Source: Bugula neritina
Lineage: Eukaryota; Animalia; Bryozoa
Length of the DNA stretch: 64,000 nucleotides
Direction of reading: 5' to 3'
Assembly: GCA_964035545.1 (NCBI GenBank)
Contig: OZ037773.1
Coordinates: 9,701,751 to 9,765,750, forward strand
Position numbers and translations under genes: made by a program. This document shows, piece after piece, positions 13,101 to 25,453 of this stretch. The notes beneath the pieces are model-generated. The model worked only from the letters and a program-made list of their open reading frames with translations. It was not told the origin of the DNA and ran no database searches. Position 1 is the first letter of the stretch. Each line of letters opens with the position of its first letter.

Positions 13101-16100
13101 CTCCAGCTTTACTAGCTCCTGTGCCAGATTAGAAAAAATTTATTAACACAATTTTAAAAACAACCATTTTTATCAAGTGTTCTCACAGAGATAGCTTCTA
13201 CAAACTCACTCGGGTTCTTTAAATATAAAGTACTTCGCTACCATCAATAGCTTTGTGCTAGTTTTAACATTAGGAGAACTCTTCTAACTTTTCATTAAGC
13301 AAGGCCACAGTCATCTCTTATATTTCCATATTCATACTTCTTCAAAGGCTTTTACCTATCTTTTTTATAGGCCTACTATACTTTTTAACAATTTTATTGA
13401 TCATTTGTAGCTACAAATTAGCTTGATGCATCTTACCATAACTGCACCCTCATCCTTATTATCTATGAAAACACCTGACCAGTAGTGTCTGATGTTAGCA
13501 TACTCTCCCTCCCTGTCACATTCCTTTTGTTGATTTTCTGGAAACATGCAACATATAGAACAAATAAATTATATAAATTTAACTCTTACGCTGCAAAATA
13601 ATAAGATTTAGCAAAATCAGCTGTCAATAGTTTTTTTATAACTTTTCATAAAGTTAGTTCACAGCTGAAATTACTTGTTAGTATAAATAACTTAGGAATA
13701 TATACCAGGTCACCATTAAAACAATGATGTAAACAAGAGATTATAAATACAGACTGTACATGGTCATAAAAAACGCACCAATAAAATTGTAATTCAAACT
13801 TCTGCAGTTAAAAAGCAAGAAGTTATATTAATATTTGTACAAAATATATGTATTACATTTGTACTACATATATTTTGTACAAATATGCATACTGTAAACA
13901 GTATAATATTTATGTAATTTTAGGAAATTTTTGAAAAAAAGTCTAAATTTTTATTCTTTTGAGTTTATAAGTTACTTGTGACAATCACAGCTAAAATTTG
14001 AACACACTTTATGATTGCTTGTTCACTAATCGATCCAGATATAATTTAATTGGTTGTGGCTATCAGTATTGAGACATTCAGTTTTTATATAGATATAGTA
14101 GAACTAGGTAGTCTAGACTCTGGTAGATATCAACTTGATAGTTGCATATTATATACCGGCTAGGTCGATTATACCCACCTAAACATATTTCATTCTCCAA
14201 GACAGTTCCTCCACATCCTTTGAAACAGAACTCCTTATCTGAACAGGATCTTCCAGTACAGTTTGATTCCTGGTAAATAGTTAAGCAAGTAAAACTTTAA
14301 TTAAACATATAACTTCCTAGGTCAAAATATTCTAATGATTACATTTTGATAACTTACAAATGTATGCGCTGGCTAGGCCTACTAACTTTATTTTGTTTCC
14401 CTTTAATCTCTAAAACATCTGAACTATTTTCTGTTACTTTCTAATGTTATAAGAATAATTTTATTTACAAGAATAATTCTGAATTGATAAGTTTCGGCAT
14501 AATAATTTTTTAATTTTAGACAAAAACATATGATTGTTTTACTGTACGTGCTTATGGTTGGGAATTGCTAAAAATGCACCTATTAATTTAATTAGTTAAT
14601 GAAGAGCTAGGTAATATGTTAAATAGAAAGCTAAATAATTGAGCAGCTGTCAGCTTGCTGCTTTTGTTTTCGTTAATGAAGCAATCGAAATTAATGAAGC
14701 AGCTTTATGATTTCACCGAGAAATCTACAGACTGCTTGAATTCATGAATACTATAGATGTCGTTTTCACAATAAGTAGAATTATTTCACTTGCACCTACA
14801 TTTAAAATTTCTCGGCCTTTTGGGAATATAAATCTACAGACACAGCATCTGACATCAATTATACATATTATAAAGAGGAAATTCAACGTGACATGGTTGC
14901 ACATGTTTTATTGCATTTCATAAAAAAGATTATTGTAAAGAATTGTCTAGGATTATTTTATTGACATGTGAGCAATATGTGAGATATAGACACAGTGTAT
15001 ATTATCAATAGAATAGATTCCTCACCTCCCCCTTAGACAGCAGCTCAACTAATCTTCCAACCATCTGTTTACCAGAAAATGGATCCTGTGAGTTAGAGAT
15101 GGTGTCATTCAACTCGTAGCATATTCCTGCAAACATTATGTTTCTTTTAGGTGTGTAACAGTTACAGATATATAAGTTAAAGTAACACTAATTAGGAGAT
15201 AAAAAAAAAATGGCAATCAATAATCTGTCTCATCTCATATCATTTATTTAAAACGCATTTGCAACAATTATAAGAATATATAGCTATTGCCTTTTCTGCT
15301 TTAGATTGAGATATTTGTGTTGCTATTATATTAGCTATCGGTAATTTTGTAATTATATATAATTTAATTGATGAATATTTTTAAGTAAAACTACAGTGCA
15401 AAATGTCATTACATAAATAAATGAAAAGTTGGCAATAGAAGTTGATATTTGTCTAAACTGTGATGCGTTTAGTTTGTGAGAACATTAATCAGCTAAATAT
15501 TTTGAGTTATTATTTTACTATCACTTTATTGCCATGAAATTTGAAATAATTTACAATGGAAAGTTTCTATTTTACTAACAAGTTACCTTGAGTGCTTTCA
15601 AACACAGCAACACATTTCGAAGGAAAGTTTCTCCAACAGCTGGTGACACATTCTATTAAACTTCTTGTTGAAGATTTTCTGGCTATGGCAGAGTCATTGG
15701 TGCTGAGGCTAACATTTGTTAACACGTGGAGAGCTGATCCACAGTCGGGTGAATCTAAAAGAGAGAAAACTTTAGTGAACCTCTTTGAAAAAATTCAATA
15801 AAACGACTTCAAATATAGACAGAAAAATTACTAATTGATTTCATTACAAGAGTTTTCTTTTTAAATGGAACTGAGTTCAAAAGAGTGCAATTTTTACTCT
15901 TTACTCTGAACAGCTATTTTTTAATAATAGACTACATTAATTAATATGACTGTCATATATAAGCATCTCGATAATTTATTAACATATGTATATAATGAGT
16001 CTATACTATAACATCAAACAAAGGTTTTATAATCAGTTTTACGAAATATTAGCATAAGCTAAGCCTCCCAAGATAAACCTTATGTAATATTGAATATTCT

Positions 16101-16460
16101 CTATCTGATGCTTCCAATTGCACACTGCTATACACTGGCTCTATAGATTACTTTACATCACAAAAACTGTAGAACATTAAGAGCTACTCCTTTCTAAGAA
16201 AATTGATTCAACACCGCCATATTATTGTTTCTGCCTTAATTTCCAAGACTCATGCATAATAATGAAATTGAAAATATTAAAAAGAGGAAGTAAGAGCATC
16301 AATGCATATTAATATAGTTACTATAACACATCTGATATATTGAGTATAATTAGTTTAAACAACTATGCTTACCAAGTACACTTGCTGGATTAGTCACAGC
16401 TATCAGTGAAAGTAAATTATACATGAATATAATTAACCAAGGTTTCATTTTACTCTTCAT
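7178..16460 (-). CDS. Paralog B (complete, ~634 aa): secreted PAN/apple-like + Cys-rich + 3x CTHRC1-C-terminal-like domain protein
   Basis: Exons: 16373-16460, 15587-15754, 15026-15126, 14179-14269, 13437-13537, 12546-12741, 12234-12392, 11557-11666, 10462-10571, 9679-9788, 9190-9360, 8438-8642, 8005-8105, 7178-7371. All introns GT-AG; lengths sum to 1905 nt in frame. Starts MKSKMKPWLIIFMYNLLSLIAVTNPASVL and ends ...TGWKSMFNIFVEELRVDFVEAYNSPNTSINCGN*. Confidence 0.88.
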
Positions 16461-16826
16461 TCTAAAATATATAAAGTACACTGTACATGCTTGTAGAAAA
16501 GTAACTATAACACAATATATAAATTGTTAACTATACATAATATAGTCTAGAAATAGTTTATGTATATAGTGTATATGCTGCACAGGGCCTAACAGTAATA
16601 TTTGGATTTTTTATATTCAACAAAATTTATTTTCTGGAAACTTGAAACTATCCAAAGATACAGTAAAATATTTTACACCAGCTATGCTTACTATACTAAG
16701 ATTTCATACGAAAATGAATGCTTAAATTTGTTTAAACTGAATACCTGAGTTTAATGAATGTCTCTTTATATATTGCTTTTCCTTGATGTTGTTATAAGAC
16801 TGTAGAACTCTGTAGCTGCTGGGTGT

Positions 16827-16857
16827 ACTGAGAAGAGATGCTCCAACTATATTTATA
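16827..16857 (-). promoter_or_regulatory. Putative core promoter of paralog B (TATA box + Inr)
   Basis: Minus-strand TATAAATA starts at 16857, with TCAGT (A at 16829) 28 nt downstream. A putative non-coding first exon follows and ends in TCAG|GTA at 16745. Equivalent TCAG|GTA donors lie upstream of A (5972) and C (53086). Confidence 0.45.
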
Positions 16858-17222
16858 TGTTTCCAATACACTATATAGTGCTAAATATTTTCAATGCTTG
16901 TTTATTCAGTTTTTTAATGCAGTTAGTTACGGGCTGTTTATAGCGTAAATCAATTGTGAAAATATTCATCACAAGGGGATGCTAATAATCAAAAGCACCA
17001 AAAGACACAATTATCAAATTAACCATCATTTGGAGCACAGCAGCAAAAAAATTTGTGCTGGTAAAATGTCGAAAGAAACTACTGCAAAATTGAGTATGTA
17101 TTGCAAAAAGTCGATTTTGCTAAAGATATCATGATGATTTTATTTCTAGATATATATATATCAAAACAGATAATTTTGAGTTGAAGAAAATTATATTACC
17201 GTTGATTATTACATAATTATAA

Positions 17223-17226
<4 letters not shown>

Positions 17227-17275
<49 letters not shown>
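17227..17275. repeat. (TA)n microsatellite
   Basis: Directly visible dinucleotide run. Confidence 0.97.
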
Positions 17276-17277
<2 letters not shown>

Positions 17278-18212
17278 CTCCCTCTAGCAAAGATTATACC
17301 TGCGTAAGTATACAAAATATTTAAGTTTTTAGTTTCTCATATCTTTCAGTATAATTAGGAAAATCAAAGAGATAAAAAATAATATACTCTATCAGAAGCA
17401 AATAGAAATAAATAATTTTGGTTAGAAACATTTTTAACAATATCATATATATATGATATTGTTCTATAGAACTATAGTATATGGAATAATAAATTATTGA
17501 TAAGATCATAATAGTCATGTTGACTGGTAGAATCTAATGCTTGAATAGAACTATACAAATTAAAAAGTGAACAGGGTTTATTAGATATAAAAGACTAAAT
17601 TATAGCAGCTATTAGATGATGTGCAACATGAATATGTTGAGAAAATTTTGACAGTAAACAAAAATCTTGTTTTAATTGACTCCTATATACATAAAACAAA
17701 CTGTAATTTCAATAAATAATTGATAAAACTTTTTTTTACTTTACAAGAACCAACAACTCTTGTAATGGTAGCTAAGATGTTATATTAGGTTATATAAATA
17801 ATATTTAAATTCTATAATAATCTAATCAAAGTGTTATATCTGGACCACCTTTTCGTCTTCACCATAATAATATCTATTTATTATTATGATGACCATCAGT
17901 AAAAAAACAACATATACATGCATAAGTGTAATCAACTATTTTTTATATAAATGTAACTTTTTGAAACTAACAATAATTTATTATGGTAACTATTATTGGC
18001 AGAAAATTACGAACTTTTATAATTGTCAAAAATTTGCTAGTTTAAAATATTATGCAGTTTACATTGTTTATTTATGCTCTCTCACTCATTCGAGTTCTGA
18101 GTTGATAAACCGATGAGTGTAATTTTAAAGTTTATTACAGACAACATTCAATTTCTTTATAACATCAAAAAGATAAAATACTGCTATCACTAGTTATGTT
18201 GCTGGATTCTAA

Positions 18213-19140
18213 CCCAACTAACAAGAAACGTTTATACAACCTTTGGATGTGTTGTCAGAAGGTTTTGTTCACAACATTAGAATCAAACATTTCCGTTTAA
18301 CGTTATGGTAATGTTTGATAAATGTTTAAAGTCAACATTTTGGTCAAACATTTAACAAATGTTGAGAAAAGTTGTTGTATAAATGTATATCACAACGTTC
18401 ATTAAATGTTTGACCCAAACATTGTAACAAAACATCCATTAAACGTTGATAGAATGTTTCAAAGCAACGTTTGTTCTAAACATGAAATTAACGTTATAAC
18501 CCAACGTTTAATAAATGTATTTTCCAAAGGTTTATTAAGTGTTTGAAAAAAAGGTTGTATTAATGTTGTTTTCAAAACATTCTATCAACGTTTTGCACAA
18601 ACTGTTTCAATAAAACATTAATACAACGTTTATACAACATTTCAATACAACGTTTCTTTCAAACGTAACCACAATGTTTTAATTCAACGTTCAATAAATG
18701 ATTTTTACCAAGGTTAATAGAATGTTTGATAAAAAGGTTGGATCAATGTTTTTTCAAAATGTTTTATAAATGTTTTAACCAAATGGTTTTACTAAACATT
18801 TATACAACATTCATAGAACATTTCAAACAACGTTGTTCTGCAAACATAAACATAACGTTTTAACCCAATGTTAAAGAAACGCTTGATACCAATGTTGTTC
18901 AAATGTTTGATAAAATGGTTGCATGAATGTATTTTGAAATGTTGTATAAACCTTTTTTCAAAAAGGTTTTCAAAAAACATCAATAAAACGTTACTTCAAC
19001 ATTTCAATGCAACGTTTTTTCTCCAATATGAAGTTAATGTTATAAAACAACGTTACTAAAACAGTTTCTCAGTAAGGTTACTAAAATGTTTTAAAAAAAT
19101 GTTTCATCAATGTATATTATAAACATTGTATAATCTATTT
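18213..19140. repeat. Left subterminal repeat array (AACGTT-type motifs)
   Basis: Dozens of AACGTT/AACATT/AATGTT/AAGGTT hexamers at roughly 11-12 bp spacing. Confidence 0.85.
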
Positions 19141-22100
19141 TTACACAACTCAAATATTTAGTTTTGTAGTTGGAGTTGCGGACTCTCTCTATTTCTACAA
19201 CTTTGCTTATAATTATTTTATAGTGTTATATAAAGTTTGATGTAAAGCAAGAACTTTTGTAATTATAAACAATAATTTATTAGAGCAAAGAAGAAAATAT
19301 CTAAAGTGTTTCCTAATAAAAGATTGAAATTGAAGGGCAACTTTTTACTGGTTATGGCAAGTTATTTTTATTGATAATTGATGACAATATAATGAAGAAA
19401 TTTGACCTGTTGAGTAGGAAAACTTAAGCTAAAAAAACATAAACAGTGTATTTATGAAAAAATTAAATAACAAGTTTATTGGGTGATCATGAGTTTAATT
19501 ATAGTGGGTTGCATAAAAGCTAGCGTCAAAAGCTAGCTAATAGCTTGCTTGACAGCTATATATAGTGATTAAAACAAAACTTTAATAATTTACAAAATGT
19601 GCTTGCTGCACTTTAAAAAATAACGCTGATGTTAAATTATGCCTTAGTTACCGGAGTAGTATTGCGCAATCTATCTTAAGTAAAAATTCGCTTGATTGGA
19701 TGAAGTTTTTAAGAGTTGTCTGTTACTGAAAATATGTTTTTGAAAATTCGTTCAGGTTATATTTTGTTGACTCTTAATATTCAAAATTGAAATTGCACCA
19801 GAGTTCTGTAAATAAAATATTGTAATGGACTTGAATGTTATATGTCCGAAATTTAATTAAGTCGAAGTGTAACATAAGGCGTTATTGTGAAATATTTTCC
19901 CTTCAATTTTGCCTTCCAATGCAACTAGGATAACGTATATTGGAAATATAACTCCTTATTAAGTTATAATTAGGTTTTTACGTGTGCATGTGTGCATGTG
20001 TGCACATGGTTCGTGCATGCGTTGACATTTTTGCCTGTTTTGGTGTAGATAGAATTAAAGACAATTCCATTTTGAAATTTATTGTGGGAAACTAAGTTGT
20101 ATTCTCATATCAATTCAAGTCCAATGCTGCCACTTGAGAAATTTTTAAAAAGTAAACATATTTTTTTTAAAATGCAACTATATACATAATAGATACTAGG
20201 CATAATTAGAGACAGCTTTTTTCTTATGGTAACTTTTAGTCAGCAAATAAACTGGAAATGCTTATTAAAAGCATGCAAATGCCTTTCCTACTCAACATGA
20301 GATTTTCTTTCAAAATTATAAAACAGCGTTAACTGGAATCAATCGATATATATAGCTCTGTTAGACGGCATCAATAATTAGGCCATCAGTTGTAAAATAT
20401 GATTATCTACATCTATTTTATTTAACTAACAGTCAAACTTCAACTTGTTTATTATTTTATACAAACTCGATGGTCATTTAACTACCTTGCACTATACCTT
20501 GCTATTTTGAAGGTTCAATTTTACAGTGTATTCAAAGCAATTCTTTTGTTAGCAGTATAAATATATTATGCTAAATCTGGAACTTCTTTATTATAAACCA
20601 AGATGCAATGTCCATTTTGTTGCAAATTTCTGATATCCTCTCTAGTTAGATAAATTCTTTTGGCTATAGTTATATAGATAGGCTAAGAGCACTTGCATCG
20701 TTTATATCCTTAGTAAAGCTGTAGGGAGCCAGATTTATATGTTTTCATCCGACTTATTATATTATATAACCTAGGCGTTTCAAGCAATGCAATATAGGAT
20801 GTTAAACCAATTAAAATAATACAATCTTTTAAGAGGTATCCTTTCATTTGCTGCATTTACACAGGAAATATGTGAGCTGGTTTAGAATTTACAAACTTGT
20901 AGTATAAATTTCATATTTATAATCAGATTTTGCAATGCAGGTTTTTTAAACTCTATACATCTGCACTGCAGAATACACCGGTGCACTGCTTTTCTTTTAA
21001 ACTCTGAATGAATAAAATTTATATCCTCCAACACATGTGCCAGCCCTTCATCTGTAATGAAAACTCATCCTGAACTTTTTGTCAGTTGTATAAAGTTAAT
21101 CAAAATTGTATACCTCAAACAAGATCCAAACAGATTTGCCGACATATAAAATCAAAATTCACTAAAAACACATTATAGTGTCTATAATCTTTTTATGCTC
21201 TCGATTTTAACCTTTATAATAAGATTTTATCTTAACTTCAAAACATGTTTATTTTTAACAATATTGGCCTATAAACTCTGAAGAACATGTAATTTCAATA
21301 CTCCAAAATATTACTTTTCAAAACATTGAAGACACCCTGAGATTCTACTGCCTTAGAACCTTTTTGACTTTTAGTCGTAACTTTTGTAGATTATAAATAT
21401 TATCGATTGATTATATATACTGTCATCGCAGATATAGATGGTTCCCATTTATTATAGATGCTAAGCTAAATTTCCTACTTGAATGTATCTTACATGGACA
21501 CTATTTGTTTATTTCTGTACAATAATATATATTCTATATTTATTTGAATAATATTAAAATATATCATAGTTAAATAAAGTTGGATCAATTGTTTGTTATA
21601 TCCAGTACATGAATAAATTTCTGTGATCTTCATTGATTTTAATTTGATTTAATTTAATTGCATTTAATAATTTTGCATATTCTCTACTTCTTGTTGATTG
21701 AAAAAGAATGTGTTAATAAGTATTCATTAAAAATAATGTTTATTATTAACATATTACTGTTTTTGCCATGAGCAATTCTGTGAAATGTGAACTATTATTC
21801 CAGATACTTAGATAATTAGCTATTATAGCTATTATAGCATAGATCAGCTATATTTTAGCAATCAATCTACAGTTATATAGCTATATATATATATACATTA
21901 TAAAGGTACCAAATTGAAGAATAGGTTTAACAGCTGGAAATAGTCTGCAACTAGACACGAGTTTTCCTTATAAACACCAGAAGACAATAAATTTCTATTC
22001 AGTGTTGAAAGCGCATGCACCAGAATAAAGATTAGAAGCTTTCCTACCAATGAAAAGGAGATAAATCTAGTATATAATCATCTATAGCTCTAAATGGACC

Positions 22101-25100
22101 AGAGCTAATTGACATCATTACTATATTCTATTACACTAGAAGTAATTAACTTCATAAAAAGTTTTTGCATGAGACAATAGATATGGATAACTATACTGAA
22201 GTTAATAGATATATTATACTAGCTTACATATCTAACTGAGCTATTTATAGCAATAGTGCAGTGTGAATTGTGTGAATACTACTACAGTGTTCAGTAGTAA
22301 CAGAGTAAAATATTATAAGTCTCATTTGCTGGCATACTTTGATTATATTTATAATATGCTGTGCATAATACCAGTATTTCAAACAAATTTCACAACTACT
22401 CAGATACTATTTGACAGAATAGATATTTCCTATGTTTTGTCATAGACCGGTAAAAATAACTACTTCTTGCTGTAGGCCACTTTAAAAGACTAGCTACTAT
22501 ATATTAGTTTTATGTTGATTGACCATTGTAATTTTAATTTATCTGAGCAACTGAAAGCCCAAATTTAATAGTTATTTATTAATATTTTGCTGATAAGTTC
22601 TATTTCTAGTACATTAGCATGGAACCTATTGGCTGGCAACGTGGATAGGCTATAATTTGTTTTAAGGGTGACTAGTCAATATTCAATAAAATAAAACTGT
22701 TATAAAGTATTTTATTGAAATATTTTGTCTACCAGCCAAAATGCTTTGACAGTTGTACCCTGAACTATTTAAAGAGTACAATGCTAAATGGTGGGAACCA
22801 AGTACTTTACTTCTAAACTGTAGGATAAATAGAGCAAGCTACAAAATAAAATATTTTAATAGTTTCAGTTGTTGCCTTTCTAGTTATATTTTAATGAACT
22901 AACTATTGTATTGGAAACAAGCACAGCTTTTACGCAGATGGTCACAACTGTTATTAGAGCATAGCCACTTTATAATTGATATTTTCTTGTGAAACGTGTA
23001 AAACATCTAAAGAGCTTTTGTGAAAATAATCTTAGACTACAAATTTAAAGCAAGAAATACGCCATCTATGATGTAAAAGTGATTTCTACGTTTTGATTAA
23101 ATCTGTTTGGTTGACTAAAAGTTCTAGGTTTCTAAACAAGGATGGTCAGCACTAGCATTTGCATTATATTTTTATGTCTCTTGGCATATTTTTTAAAAAC
23201 CCCAAGGATTAAATATATTATCAATTTATGAAGTATGAAGTGTTATGTTTTTTAAATAAAAACACTTTGCAACTTGTAAGTTAAAATTTTTATGAAGTGC
23301 TTATTCTTATTCTTTATACTATAGTAGTTGAAGCTTGTGAAGTAATATTTCCTTTGACATCCTTTTTTCTCAGAGCAACATTAAAAACCTTCAATTTGCC
23401 TATACAGGGACAAACAACTTTAGAAGTAAATAACACTCTTAGAAAGATGGGTTTTGGGTTCATAAAAGCTACAAATGCTTATGTTTACTTTCACCAGCCA
23501 ACTACTAATTTCAAGAAAGAATACCTTTGTTTGCAGTGCTTTAATAACAACACCTGTATCATGTTCCCCAGATGGGGTGATAGGCAAATACTGGTCTGTA
23601 ACATACCATACACAAAGTTAATATACATGAATGACATTTATCCATTGTACATTTTACTTTTAGGTTTTACAAATAAAAATATATTACATCGAATTTTCTC
23701 AACAAATCAGTTTTTACATAAACTAGTGAATTTATCTCACATTGCCTATATTTTCACCAACTGATAGATAAAATTTGAACAATAGCGGTTAGAACAAACC
23801 CATCATATAGATGCACTGAGCATGGAAAACGGTTTCATCCCAGTTAGTCGATTTTTTATTTTGGTACGATATATATAACAATATACAAATATAACTGTTG
23901 CCTTTACTGCTGAAGATTAAATAAACTACCAAGCCAGCTATTTGCTTTAACTCAAAACTAGTTTAGCTACAGTTTATTTTAGTCAGAATAACAGAGTAAA
24001 ATGCACGAATGCTTTCATGGTATATCGCATACTGCTATATTGCAAATTTTTCTTATTATATTTTGTCTGTCTTTTACCTTTAAGTTTAAGGTTTGTGCAA
24101 GATGGCTTCTTATAGAAGCATTGTTACTGTAAATGGCTTGCTGGTGGCTTCTTGCTTTTTATTATGTGCTAAATAATAGTATAAAATACATATATTACGC
24201 TAAAATTTACATATATGGTAAAAGTGGGAACCATTTAAGTAGAATGACACCGCTGGTATATCTCACCATAATAACTTAAATAATTTTTTTCAAGTTCAAG
24301 TGCGCGTTGCATGTTTCTAAAAATATTTGTAGCAAATTTTGCATATATTGAGCATAGAATTTATTAATACTTTAAAATTTAATTGTGGCCATGCTGTTGA
24401 AAATTATGCGTTTGAAAATATTCCTCAAGGCTTGCTGGGCTGCTTATAGCTGCAGCTGTTGCTGGTACAACGGACAATACATTCTGTCCTTGTTATTATA
24501 GCAACAATGAGTTATTAAATTTAGCATTTGGGTGATTATGTAAAATTTTGGAACGTAGTATGAAACTAATGAATTAGTTAGCTGGCATATAATGGGTTTG
24601 TTTACAGTTGAGCTATTATTTAGAATTAGTAACACAAATTCTGAGTGAAATATTCTAAGTTTTGTTCTTTGCTATAAGAAATTGTATCTACAATGTTTAG
24701 GAAAGCCCCCTGTGATAACTCCATGTAACAGATAAAGTGTCTGACAGAAATGGCACAGGTACATGTATGAGCAATATTGGCACAATTATTAATGGTAAGG
24801 TAATAATGACAAATTAAAGAGTAGGTAAGATGTAACAGTGATGCTAAATATTTCCAAACCCCCAACTACCCACCGTTACCTGCAGTGTTGGTACTAATTA
24901 ATTTAGTCTTACCAGTTTGAATAAAGTCTATGTTTCAATGCAAGAACCTAGGTCTTAGACCAGCAAGATGTATTTCAAACTATAATTAAGAATAGATGGC
25001 AAGGTGAGCTGAAAGTTTTACACGCAGTCTTTAGTAAAAATTATTGGTATAATAGTTTGTTGTACCCTTTATTATTAGAATTAGAAAATACAATTAGCCA

Positions 25101-25453
25101 GTAAACACTATACTGCAATTAAGTATTAGACGCTAAGGCAGTTCACAAAGATACTATTTTAAGTTAAAATTTTATTGGTTGGGATAGCACTGAGTTTTAG
25201 CAAAATAATCTTTACAGGGTGATTTTTACCTATGCTTCCTAATGTACAAAACATTTTTCAGAAAAGTTTCTGCAACTGCATTAAAGTGCAAGTTTGGTAA
25301 ATATTGTAGAGCTGCTAATAATTCCTAATGACAGCCCAGGAAGCATCTTTATTTAAACAAGCGCATATACTACCAACTAGAATCCAGTTGGTGGGTTAGC
25401 TTGTTGGAATAGCTTACTTTAAGGTTGTACATTCAACACATAAGTTCGTGAAT

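Noticed and set aside
13025-13110. Possible tRNA-derived SINE head
   Set aside because: The A/B boxes are too degenerate and no cloverleaf could be supported.
18792-19059. Overlapping ORFs in the AACGTT-rich region
   Set aside because: They are by-products of the subterminal repeat array.
23297-23764. 155-aa plus-strand ORF (longest non-repeat ORF)
   Set aside because: Non-ATG start, composition typical of AT-rich noise and no recognisable motif; the exon-like signals here are on the opposite strand.
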